The position numbers and the translations under genes were made by a program. A stretch of 63,477 nucleotides of DNA, filler included, from Octopus bimaculoides (lineage: Eukaryota): assembly GCF_001194135.2 (NCBI RefSeq). It is 4 parts of 4 records of this genome, joined end to end, with 100 filler letters (N's around TTAATTAATTAA, not from the genome) between each part and the next. Parts side by side here need not be neighbours in the genome. Positions count along the whole stretch, not along the records: positions 31,707 to 54,876 come from NC_068981.1; positions 54,977 to 60,376 come from NC_069005.1; positions 60,477 to 63,477 come from NW_026413680.1; 1 more part is not named here. One strand, 5' to 3'. Each line of letters opens with the position of its first letter. The first letter of the stretch is position 1. This document shows, in pieces, positions 49,292-60,516 of the stretch. The notes beneath the pieces were generated by a model. That model saw only the letters and a list, made by a program, of their open reading frames with translations. It ran no database searches and was not told the origin of the DNA.

Positions 49292-51320
49292 TCATGGTAA
49301 ACTTTGTCACTCTCTACAAAAGTATATTGGTCATGCTGGGTGTGTGTGTGTTTGTTAGTGTGTATGTATGCATGTGTATAAGGAATTTCATTAGGGCAAC
49401 AATGTGATTTAAAAAAGATATGTAAAAGATAATTTATTTTAATAATATGTTTTTCTGTTATTCAATGTTTTTTCTTACACACACACACACACACATGGAC
49501 TTGATTGCTGCATCATTCCATAAAATGTATTAATGGGTAGCAAAATATTGAAAAATATCAATACATGTCATAGTGAAAAAGAAACGCAGAAGGTACCAGG
49601 TGGTTGTGGGAGGTGTGAAAAACATCACCTAAATCTCCTTTAAATCACACTTTTTTGTTTGAAAATTATTTTGAAATTATAAACAGAAACAAATTTCAGA
49701 TTCAGGCTGTCCATATATTAAAACTGTGATGGAAAAAATTCTGAAAAAAACACTGAAATTTTAGGATTTAGGTTGGGTTAATGAAAGGATTTTTTTAAAA
49801 TTACACTATTGTTTTTAAATTACATTTCATTTTTTACATTATTTACATTATTTACATTTGACGGATATTTGTCCTCATCTTGTTTGTTGTTAACACAACG
49901 TTTCAGCTGATATACCCTCCAGCCTTCGTCAGGTGTCTTGGGGAAATTTCGAACCTGGGTTCTCATTCCTAACGATGTTACTATTATTATATTATTATTA
50001 TTATTAATCAGGTCGCTGCCGTGAATCGAACTCGGAATCTTGGAGTTAGTAGCCTGCGCTCTTAACCACTACTTCATATGCTTGTGGGCAATTATGGAGT
50101 GAATTTTAGGGCTTATAAACCTATTATTTTTCTATCCTTCCTCAATACCGGTTCCCATATGCTATTCATATCTGCACTCGGTCTGCTTAGGAGGTTGTTG
50201 TGTCCTAGCATATGTGCTGCTTCTCTTAGTTTTCGTATTTTCCGGTGTTGTTCCCTGTCTATTATTTTAACTTCATCCTACAAGGGGATGTGGTCTCCAT
50301 TTTGCCATACATGATCAGCTATACCCAATTTATCAATATCTCCTCGTGTCACAGCTTTGCGATGTTCTTCTACTCTTATTTTGAGGGCGCGGAATGTTTT
50401 GCCTTTGTATAACCTACCACAGCTGCATGGGATGGAGTACACACAGTTTTTGGTCATATTCTCTTCTGTTGGTGGTTTTACCCGAAGGAGATATTTGCGA
50501 AGTGTTGTATTGCTCTTGAATACTGCCCTGATGTCATATGGGCCGCATATCTTTTGTATCTTTTCGGAGAGGCCTTTCACATAGGGTAGACTGTAGACAG
50601 TTTATTGGTTTCATCCTCTCTTTTCTTCATAATTGGAGTAGATAGTATGTTCTTGGGGGTAGTTGTTTCTTAATAGATTGTTACTGAGCTTGATCATTTC
50701 TTCGTGGTGGGTATCACGATCGCTACTTATATTNNNNNNNNNNCCATACTCGGTGCGTGTTATTAATACGTCCAGGAATGCCAGCTGATTGTTCTGTTCC
50801 TTTTCCATTGTGAACTGTATGGATGGATTTATTGAGTTCACATGATCTAATAGCATTTGGACATCTTGCTGGTGGGGCCAGAGAATAAAGGTGTCATCAA
50901 CGTATCGCAGCCATAGGGTTGGTTTTAGTGGTGTTGATCCTAAAGCCAAATTCTCGAAGTATTCCATGTATATATTGGCTATTATCGGTGATAATGGCGA
51001 ACCCATAGCTAAACCATCTTCTTGTCGATATATATCAGTGTCCATACTGAAGTAGGTAGTTTCTACACAGAAAGTCAACATTTTGTCAACAAACTTGATG
51101 AAAATGTTGACTAAACCCCCCTGTAGGATGAAGTTAAAATAATAGACAGGGAACAACACCGGAAAATATGAAAACTAAGAGAAGCAGCACATATGCTAGG
51201 ACACAACAACCTCCTAAGCAGACCGAGTGCAGATATGAATAGCATATGGGAACTGGTATTGAGGAAGGATAGAAAAATAATAGGTTTATAAGCCCTAAAA
51301 TTCACTCCATAATTGGCCAC

Positions 51321-51393
51321 GGGCATATGGCGTAGTGGTTAAGAGCGCGGGCTACTAACCCCAAGATTCCGAGTTCGATTCACGGCAGCGACC
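51321..51393 (+). ncRNA. Degenerate tRNA-like Pol III head inside the PLE pLTR (mirror copy at ~50010-50082 on the minus strand)
   Basis: A box TGGCGTAGTGG, loop CTACTAA, B box GAGTTCGATTC. Acceptor and anticodon stems are imperfect, so this is not a functional tRNA. Confidence 0.7.
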
Positions 51394-51469
51394 TGATTAA
51401 TAATAATAATAATAATATAATAATAGTAACATCGTTAGGAATGAGAACCCAGGTTCGAAATTTCCCCAA

Positions 51470-51515
51470 GACACCTGACGAAGGCTGGAGGGTATATCAG
51501 CTGAAACGTTGTGTT
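51470..51515 (+). ncRNA. Minimal type I hammerhead ribozyme in the PLE pLTR (identical mirror copy at 49892-49937 on the minus strand)
   Basis: GACAC CTGACGA A GGCTGG-agggtata-TCAGCT GAAAC GTT GTGTT: stem I GACAC/GTGTT, palindromic AACGTT stem III, GUU triplet. Confidence 0.7.
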
Positions 51516-54500
51516 AACAACAAACAAGATGAGGACAAATATCCGTCAAATGTAAATAATGTAAATAATGTAAATAATTCCTCATCTCTTAAATATAGAA
51601 CTGTATTTCATTTTTTGTTTGAAAATAAAGGAAGTGAGTATTGTAATGGTTATTGCTGATTTTCAAACATTTGTTTTTTTAACTACCAAGGGTTCTACTA
51701 TTGTTTTTAAGTGCGCAGTGTAAAAAAAATTGGCTAAAATTGGTACTGAGTGTGGGAGGTGGAGTTCAAAAAAGTTCATAAATTCTCAAAATTTTTTATT
51801 CTTTTTAACCATAAAGGTGTTTGGTATTGTTTTTGAGTGAGTGGTGCTAGAAACAATTAGACAAAATCAGTTCAGAAGGGATGGGGTGGGGGTGAAGAGG
51901 AGGTTCATAAATTTTCAAAGCACTCGATCAGCTAAGACATTTAACATAATCTTAAATTAAAAATCACATATCTTGCAAATAGCTACCCATGGCTTCCTGG
52001 TCAAAACAATAATTTATTCCACCATAAAGCTTTAATCTGTAAACTTAAAGATGACGGGACCAATTTCAATATCATATAGAAAATTATGTCTAAATACATA
52101 CCCTATGTTAACCAGTCTAGAAATGGTTCAGTGTATTTGCTTCAAAACCTGTATCTACTTAAAACACTTGAGAACTTCCAATGAATACATAACTTTTTGG
52201 AGCAAAACTTTTTCTTTATGTCCACATTTCAAAAAAACATATCTCATCTGTATTTCAAAGTAGACCACTAGCCACCTTAGTAAACCATTAACATCTGGTT
52301 TACATATGCTTCACATTGAATTATTGTAAAATTGGTTTTCTCCCTTGCGTTTTTCCTTTTACATGTGTGTGTGTACATACATTATATATGTATATGTGTA
52401 TCATTCACACACTACTGTGTGTGAATATTGTTCTTAAGGTCAACATTTACTCACTGGCGACCACTTCTATACTTTGTCACTAACTCAGTTTTTAACCAAA
52501 TTAGATGATGTTTGCATTTTTAGATTGGTCACGCCCTAAGCTACATTTTTAGCTACAATATTTGAAAATTGCTTTGGTAGAAAAAATTTCCAGTAAAATA
52601 TGTTAGGTCAGAAACAAGAGAGCAACACCTGAAATCGACTTTGAGTCCAAATTTTTTGCTTTTTAAAGAAATCTATATTTTATTTTAGCTTATATGATAG
52701 ATCTCAGTGAGAGGAATCTATCCATGTTACTTATATGCAAAAATATTTAATAGAAAAAAGTACTGAGGTAAAGACCAGTGAAAAAAAAATTAATGCTTGA
52801 ATTGACTTTCAAAATTTAATGCTTGAAATCGCTTGAAATTATTCTTCTTTCAAGAGAAAACTATATATAAATTTAACTTTTCTGCTAGATCTCAACTACA
52901 GGAATCCCATGATACCAATTATATAAAAAAATAAATTTAATATGAAAAACTACTGGGGCCAAAAACAGTGGTAACATCTAAAAGCAAATTCAGAACCTAA
53001 ACACTTTGTTTTTGTGTAACTTTATTTTGTAAATTTTGATTTTGTTTAGCTCATATGATAGAATTCATCAAGATGAGTGCCATGATGCTAATCTTTTCAA
53101 AAAATATTGAAAATGAAAAAGTTATTATATAAGCTTAAATGTGCCAAAAGTACATAAAACAATTTTCAAGTAATATTATATATTTCGTCTTTCTCAACAT
53201 TCTGAGTTTGTCTGTCCCTCCATTCTGCCAAGGTCATCTTTGCCTTTTACCTTTTCAGTACTTGATAAAATGAGTATCAGCTGAGCACTGACCACTTCCC
53301 AGCACCCACACCATCATCCACACACCTACACATGCACACACGCACATGTCAAGGTCACCAGCCCTCTTCCACATGCACATACATGCTCTCTTATACACAC
53401 GCACGCATACCTTCGTTTTGGGATCACTACTACTTTATTATCTCCCCTTCTTCCTAGCTCACCTGTGTGACCCGTCTGTCCGGCATTTGCCATGATAGAT
53501 CACTAGCCACTACACATTCTTTATTTTCTCTCCTTGTTTCTTTCTGTGTTCGAGTGTAGGCTTGAAACATTAAAGACTTTTTTCACTTCCCAAGCATTAA
53601 ACTAATGCATCTGTTTGTTGTCTACACCACCTGTCTTTATATACATATGTGTGTGTGTATTTAAATATTTACCAAATATTTTGGTAAAATTAGGAATGTA
53701 ACTGTTACCAAAGTTGCAAAATTCTCACTTGGAAAGTTGTTTATACTTTGTTTAAATATAATGACTTTCATACAGGTGATACAATTTTGGGTGCATATCA
53801 ATTGAAATAAGAGCCATGATGCAATCCTATATATTAATAAAACTTGATCATTATCCTATGCGTATTTCGATGCAAGATTCTGACTCACTCTTGTCTGAGA
53901 TAAGAAATTAGGGCTTTCCATCTCTTCAGGGCCAAGTTACATTAATTCACAACAGAGAACATTATTACTTGTACTTAAATTACATGTGTATAAAAAAGTT
54001 CTAATCAGGCTGTTATGACATGAACATATTTTGCTCCCTCTGTAATTTAGAATTGTATTTCATACTTTTCTCCAAAGGTAACCTAGTTAACCAAATTACA
54101 TATAGAGCTTACAGATGTAAACATGTGATGAAGCATACATTTGCATATTTTAGTTAGAAATCTACCTTGGAGGGGTTAGTTAAATCCATACAATGATATT
54201 AATTTAACATGGATTAAGTTTTATTTTCATATAACATTTTTCTAAATTTACACTTATAATTTTTGATCTTAGTTACTTGATTTATCATTTATAGTTCTAT
54301 GTATTTTTGTATCGATGGTATCGCAATAATTGTTTACTGTTTGCCTTATTGGTTAAATCCCATCCTTCATTAATATTGTATTTTAATTCCACTACTAAGT
54401 TAATGTAATGTATATTTAAATTTTTGATAGTTGCAATTTGAATGTTACCTAATTTATTTTATTTTATAATTTATAATTTATAATTTATCTTGATTACATA

Positions 54501-54876
54501 TCCTTAAATTATGTCTCAAAACTATTTTAAACTTAAAAATAAATATAATTATTTGATAGGGTTAATCACAATGGAGTGAATTATGTAGATCAAAAATATT
54601 ATTTTGCTAGATTTACCTCTCTTTGACCATTAATTTGTATTTCTGTTAAGATCTATAATAGGTAATTTTTCTTTCTTTGTATTATTTTATTTACCTTCTT
54701 TTCAAACCTCTAACGGTTTTTATTTGATGAAACAGCGTTGTATGCATGTAGTTATTTAATATCCTAGGTTAACAATTCTACTTAGTTACTCTACTATATA
54801 ACGGTTTTCTTAACCGATATTGCAAGCAGTTTCAATATGTTCATGTCGTAACAACCTGATTAGAACTTTTTTATAG

Positions 54877-54976
54877 NNNNNNNNNNNNNNNNNNNNNNNN
54901 NNNNNNNNNNNNNNNNNNNNTTAATTAATTAANNNNNNNNNNNNNNNNNNNNNNNNNNNNNNNNNNNNNNNNNNNN
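54877..54976. other. Artificial 100-bp scaffolding spacer
   Basis: 44N-TTAATTAATTAA-44N. Confidence 0.95.
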
Positions 54977-55190
54977 GAGCGTGGCCGTTTTTGTGCGGGT
55001 GACACGTAAAAGCACCCACTACACTCTCTGAGTGGTTGGCGTTAGGAAGGGCATCCAGCTGTAGAAACTCTGCCAAATCACACTGGAGCCTGGTGTTGCC
55101 ATCCGGTTTCACCAGTCCTCAGTCAAATCGTCCAACCCATGCTAGCATGGAAAGCGGACGTTAAACGATGATGATGATGATGATGATGAT
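54977..55190 (+). mobile_element. RTE 3' end
   Basis: Standard 3' end with a long (GAT)n tail. Further short copies at ~55595-55810(-) and ~56047-56195(-). Confidence 0.8.
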
Positions 55191-55465
55191 CAATATATAA
55201 AGTAACAGGTATTTAACTAAATCTTTAGAATTATAGTTATATTGATAAATCAATTGAGACTCATATGCTTTCTATTTCTTTGAAGTATATTCAAGAAAGT
55301 AGGTTAAGGATTAAAATGCAACAGGTGGCTTTATAGGCAAAACATATGTGTACAAGGTGGGCGAAGAGAGCGATGCCAAAAGATGAAGTGGAGGGTAAGT
55401 GGGTTAATTAAATGAAGAAAGATAATGATGATTGCTAATGATAAATTTTTTTTGTTTCCATTCAG

Positions 55466-55567
55466 AAAAATCTTCTGAACAGTAGTAAATATTCCATTTC
55501 ATCAAAAGCTCTAAACCTATGCCACAAAGCAAATGTATCGGACGAACAGCCTAATTCATCAGCTCAG
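55466..55567 (+). CDS. Internal exon of the plus-strand gene (102 nt, phase 0/0)
   Basis: tttgtttccattcag|AAA AAT...GCT CAG|gtgtgt is an open frame (KNLLNSSKYSISSKALNLCHKANVSDEQPNSSAQ), phase-compatible with the exon at 56695. The donor is weak. Confidence 0.55.
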
Positions 55568-56694
55568 GTGTGTGTGATTTTAATTATTCATTATCATCAT
55601 CATCATTTAGCATCTGTTTTCCATCCTGGTATGGGTTAGACAGTTTAACTGGGACTGGTAAACCAGAGAGCTGCACCAGGTTCCAGTCTGATTTTGGCTT
55701 GGTTTCTACGGCTGGATGCCCTTCCTAACGCCAACCACTTAACAGAGTGTGGACTGGGTTTCCTTTTTACATGTCACCGGCACAGGTGCCTTCTACATGT
55801 CACCAGCATGTAGAAAGAAGATAAAGTTGGTGATGACAAGGCGTCAAACAAGATAAGCATAAGAGAATACAGAGGATCAGAAAGGGTGGGCGAGAGGGAA
55901 GTGAGAGATGGTCAGAATTGTGGACAACAGTAAGTATAGTGAAAGATGGACAAGAGTACAGTGGCAGAAAATGGAGAATATCAGTATGGGGGTGGGGGTG
56001 AAAGACATAGGGATGGCTTAAGGGGGAGGAGGTTTATATATATATATCATCATCGTCGTTTAACGTCCGCTTTCCATGCTAGCATGGGTTGGACGATTTG
56101 AATGAGGACTGGTGAAACCGGATGGCTGCACCAGGCTCCAATCTGATCTGGCAGAGTTTCTACAGCTGGATGCCCTTCCTAACGCCAACCACCTTACATA
56201 TATATTTAACAGGTATGTATATTTAATAGGAGTTATGGAACTGAGAGAAACTGTTATTAAGTTTTACACACACACACACACACACAGATATATACGCCAT
56301 GCACCTGTATGCATATATATGCACACATATATCATCGTCATTTAACATCTGCTTTCCAGAGATGTTAAAGTTGGAGGGTGTATTGATGTCATTTTGAGGG
56401 TCTCCAGCACACATGCGCAGGGTTGGAGACGTTACTACAAGGGTTTGACAAGAGTTAGTAATCCACTGTTTGCCTTGGTATGGTTTTTACAGCTGGATGC
56501 CGTTTCCTAACACCAACCACCTTGTAGAGTTGTTAGAAAGTAAGTTTCTGAAACACAGTCCGACCCATGCCAACATGGAAGGCAGACGGTAAACAATGAT
56601 GATGATGATGATGATGATGACAACCGTATCTGTATGCAAAAAAAAAAAAATAACAATGACGTTGTTTTATTTGGCTTTGTTGATTTCTTTGCAG

Positions 56695-56956
56695 GAAGAA
56701 GCAGCTGAAATGGTTAGACAATTGCCTCCAAGACGTTCGAAGTCCATAGCTATAAAGAAAATCCAAAGCCAAAACAGTTTCTTGAAGAACTCTCCAATCT
56801 TGAAGAAAAAGAAAGAAAGCGACTCTGAAGACGTTTCTTTGGAGACAAACAACTCGAGTAAGGAGACCGGCACTCCACAAGGATCTCCGCAGAAGACAAC
56901 AATGGATCGGATCCGTAACTTGAAAAACAGCTTCCGTTCCTCTTCTTTTCGCAAAG
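56695..56956 (+). CDS. Exon of the plus-strand gene, Ser/Lys-rich disordered tail (262 nt)
   Basis: gatttctttgcag|GAA GAA...CGC AAA G|gtaggc encodes EEAAEMVRQLPPRRSKSIAIKKIQSQNSFLKNSPILKKKKESDSEDVSLETNNSSKETGTPQGSPQKTTMDRIRNLKNSFRSSSFRK. Phases 0/1. Confidence 0.8.
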
Positions 56957-57138
56957 GTAGGCAATAGTAAGGGTACTCCAGCATGACCGCAGTCAAATGA
57001 CTGAAACAAGTAAAAGAGTAAAAGAGAGTAAAGAAAATGTGAAAGAGATAGTTGAATAACTGTAAACCTACTTTTGGGCCACGCTGTATATTAAATATTT
57101 ACAGTTAATCCATGTTTTCTGACTTTTTACCATTACAG

Positions 57139-57371
57139 CTCGGAATTTACTGAAACCAAGCAGCAATGTCTCCTCTCCAGTTTGGGATTCTCCGAGGAAT
57201 CAAACAGTGAAACCGAGTGTAGCCTCCACAACAAAGACCTCCAAAACGGCTGCCCCCTCAGATACAGAATCTTCCAACAACAAGAAGCTACAAAACATTC
57301 TCACAAATACCACTACACGTCCAAGGCGGCGACTATACAAGGATCAGATTATCGGACCGATGAACTTTGTG
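57139..57371 (+). CDS. Penultimate coding exon of the plus-strand gene (233 nt); KIF20-like tail motif
   Basis: ttaccattacag|CT CGG...TTT GTG|gtaatc gives 77 open codons ending ...RPRRRLYKDQIIGPMNFV. Phases 1/0 fit both neighbouring exons. Confidence 0.8.
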
Positions 57372-57527
57372 GTAATCTTATGAATCTTGAAGCTAATTCT
57401 GTTGGTTTTGTTTTTTGTTGTTTTGTTGTTTTATACTTGTCTCAGTCATTGAACTACAGACATACTGGGACAGTGCCTTGAAGGGTTTTAGTTGAACAAA
57501 TCAACCCCCAGGACTTATATATGTATA

Positions 57528-57710
57528 CGATGGGGTGCTGCAAAGTTCTTGGCTCTAAGGGTGTCATGAAAGAATTGGTTGGAGGCCTAATCTTCTGAGT
57601 TCTTTGAAGGACCGTTGCAATAAGTGTGTGAATCTGAGAGGGGAATATGTTAATTAAAATCATAATTAAATGATCCCCCTGTATTTACTTTTACCCAAAG
57701 CCAGGAACTC
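57528..57710 (+). mobile_element. mariner-derived MITE (ends plus last codons) in the last intron of the plus-strand gene
   Basis: TA|CGATGGGGTGCTGCAAAGTTCTTGGC ... CCCAAAGCCAGGAACT; internal KDRCNKCVNLRGEYV resembles a mariner C-terminus. Confidence 0.55.
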
Positions 57711-57924
57711 ATTAATGTATGTGTTGTCCAACACCACAGTGAAGAAATAAGACTTACAAAGATACAAACCCTTATTTTTCTTCTTCTCGATAATAAAAGG
57801 GAAGTGGGGAAGGTTTAGTGTTTTGCCAGTTTGGGAACACCCCCGCTTCCCCTATTCTGTTAGTTGACACGTTACTATTACTGTCCCCTTTTCATGTCCC
57901 TTTTTTTTCTTCTGGTCATTACAG

Positions 57925-58026
57925 AACGTCACAGCAACAACAACTCTAAAACCAAAGGATGATGTCTTCAACAATCTCATGCATCAACTTCGAAACAGAC
58001 GTAGAGAAACTCAATATAAATCTTAA
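57925..58026 (+). CDS. Terminal coding exon with stop; possible kinesin-6 (KIF20A/B-like) C-terminus
   Basis: ttttcttctggtcattacag|AAC GTC... encodes NVTATTTLKPKDDVFNNLMHQLRNRRRETQYKS*. The family assignment rests only on recalled motif resemblance. Confidence 0.75.
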   Translation, partial: NVTATTTLKPKDDVFNNLMHQLRNRRRETQYKS

Positions 58027-58536
58027 GACAAAGGAAATGTTTTATTTCTCTTTCTCTTCTTCCTTTTGTTAATCTTTTTTTTTGTGCGATAATTTTGTGC
58101 AAAAAACGTAATTTACATTGTTTTTTATTTTTATATTGTATTTTTAAATCGATCCTGCCTTCGTTCGTTCACCTCCTCTTCCTTCTCCCACTACTTCTTT
58201 CCAGTATCTTTTTCCTCATCCTTCTTTTTCCTCCTATGTATTTGTTACATTCTTTTCTTTTTCCTTCTTTACTTCTTTTGTCTTTCATTTCACCTTCACT
58301 TCTTTTCAATACTTTCTCTTTTCCAGACACATAAACACATACATTCAGACGTTCACATACATATATATATATACATAGACACATGCATTCACACACACAC
58401 ACACAGACACACACATGTATAATAACATGTGTACAGATACACAGTATGTGCATGTGTACATAAAAATAAATTATATATATATATATATATATATCTTTCA
58501 CTTGTTTCAATCATTAGACTGTGGCATATACGCGTA

Positions 58537-59716
58537 TAGGGTGTCCCCTACAAAAATGTATACACACTTTGAATAACTGTAAAAGGAATATGTATTAAAA
58601 TGCACATCCTTTCCTGAAAATACAATGATCTACAGACATTATTTAATTACATTTAACCCCCANNNNNNNNNNNNNNNNNNNNNNNNNNNNNNNNNNNNNN
58701 NNNNNNNNNACCCACCCCAATGTGTACATCATTTAAATGATGCATATAAAGGTAGATTTTATTGAAATGCATTTGTTTAGAGATTATGTTACCATCTGTT
58801 TCCAAATTAATGTCTGTTCTAGTCCAGACATTGTTGACAACATAAAACAATGGAATTGTGGTCAACAAGTGGCATTTCATTAGGTATTTGAGTGTATTCT
58901 CATTCAATGGCAGCTCTCAGTTCAGCCACTGTTGCTGGATTTGTGGAATACACTTTATCTTTTAAGTATCTCCATAAAAAAAAAACGTCTAAAGGAGTGA
59001 TATCTGGTGAATGATGAGGGTATTTTACAAAACCTCTTCTTCTAATCCACCTGTTAGGCAAGATCTCACTAACCTTTTAGCATTCAAATTTCTCTAATTA
59101 ATGTAATGCTTATTCATTCTCATTGTTCTGAATTAATCATGTGCTATCTTCTCAATTTGAGATTTCAATGGTGTGATTGTTTATCTTTTGAATAACATTG
59201 TAGGGTAAGTATGAGAGGCCACATCTGACCAGTTTGAAGATAATACAGGTAGATTATTGTAGTTAAATAATAAGGGTAAAAATTAATATTGATTAAATTA
59301 ATATCAATTTAAACCAGTGGCCTAACACATTTAAAAAAGATCTGAAGATTCAGAAAAATTATATTACATACATAAAAGAAGAATGACCACTAGGTGGACT
59401 CTTAATATGCTAGACGTAGCCCCCCATATGGTCTGATCACTAAGGGAAATTGTTCTCAAGAAAATTCAGCAAACACCAGAATGTAAGGTGGAACTGTGCA
59501 GGAACCGTTCAGGTGGACCTGATTGAAACTCTGTTCTATACTGTCTTTGGACTTCAACTGTGTTTTCGTACTTCCGGTAGCATTTTAAAATGAATTTCCT
59601 TTGTTTAAAGCTAAGTTTTTATGCCATTATTAATTCTAATAGGTGAAATCTGAAAAGAAAGAAAGATTTAGGTGACCTGCTATAGAAGTGTGTATGCAAT
59701 TTTATGGGACACTCTG
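58537..59716 (-). mobile_element. Tc1/mariner (DUF4817-type) internal-deletion derivative with a nested MITE fragment
   Basis: TIRs TA|TAGGGTGTCCC and GGGACACTCTG|TA. N-terminal KLSFKQRKFILKCYRKYENTVEVQRQYRTEF; C-terminal RWIRRRG...HSPDITPLD..LWRYLKDKVY...VAELRAAIE. Confidence 0.8.
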
Positions 59717-60321
59717 TATATATATGTATACATACATAAATGTTTATATATATATATATATATAGTCAATCCAAACATGAACAGGCAAGAAAAGACAACA
59801 AAACGAGACATAATATTCAGGAAAGGGGATACACATCTTTGTCAATAAATCCAGAGAGGTGTGAAGAACTCAATACAGGCAGTAAAGTATGTTATATGTA
59901 TGTTTGATTTTGTTCTGAAATTACTCAGACTGCGACTCTTTGTTCCAAATTTATCGATTTTCAAGCTATCAATGCTATAAACAAAACAGTTTTGCATATA
60001 TACCCCAGATAAATTGTAGAAACTTTTCAATAAGTATGTTTATGACATAAATTGATAATTAAATAACCATATCAAATGATTATGATATCAAAGTACTTGA
60101 TATAGTTGGAATGTTATATTGTAAAGCTTTCATTCATACAGCTATAATGATCATTTTTTGATATTCATGTTAATGTATCTGTGAGAGAGAGAGAGAGAGA
60201 AAGAGAAAGAGAAAGAAAGCAGGAGGGAGATAGAGGTTATTGAGACATACACAAATGCTTGTGTGTATATTCAAATATACATACATACATGTATGTATAT
60301 GTGTTTATATGTATGTATGTA

Positions 60322-60376
<55 letters not shown>

Positions 60377-60476
60377 NNNNNNNNNNNNNNNNNNNNNNNN
60401 NNNNNNNNNNNNNNNNNNNNTTAATTAATTAANNNNNNNNNNNNNNNNNNNNNNNNNNNNNNNNNNNNNNNNNNNN
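60377..60476. other. Artificial 100-bp scaffolding spacer
   Basis: 44N-TTAATTAATTAA-44N. Confidence 0.95.

Positions 60477-60516
<40 letters not shown>

Larger units (their letters stand above)
49835..51603 (-). mobile_element. Penelope-like element (YVDD RT plus GIY-YIG), 5'-truncated, with ~450-bp inverted pseudo-LTRs
   Basis: RT: QEDGLAMGSPLSPIIANIYME...WLRYVDDTF. GIY-YIG: NCVYSIPCSCGRLYKGKT.R.LKIRVEEH. 49835-50287 is the reverse complement of ~51117-51575. Confidence 0.93.

Noticed and set aside
51321-51393. Functional tRNA-Ser(ACT) gene
   Set aside because: The acceptor and anticodon stems do not pair properly and there is no terminator; treated as a SINE-type head.
54200-54876. Possible LTR edge (gtcgtaaca) before the spacer
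   Set aside because: No PBS, PPT, partner LTR or ORF is visible.
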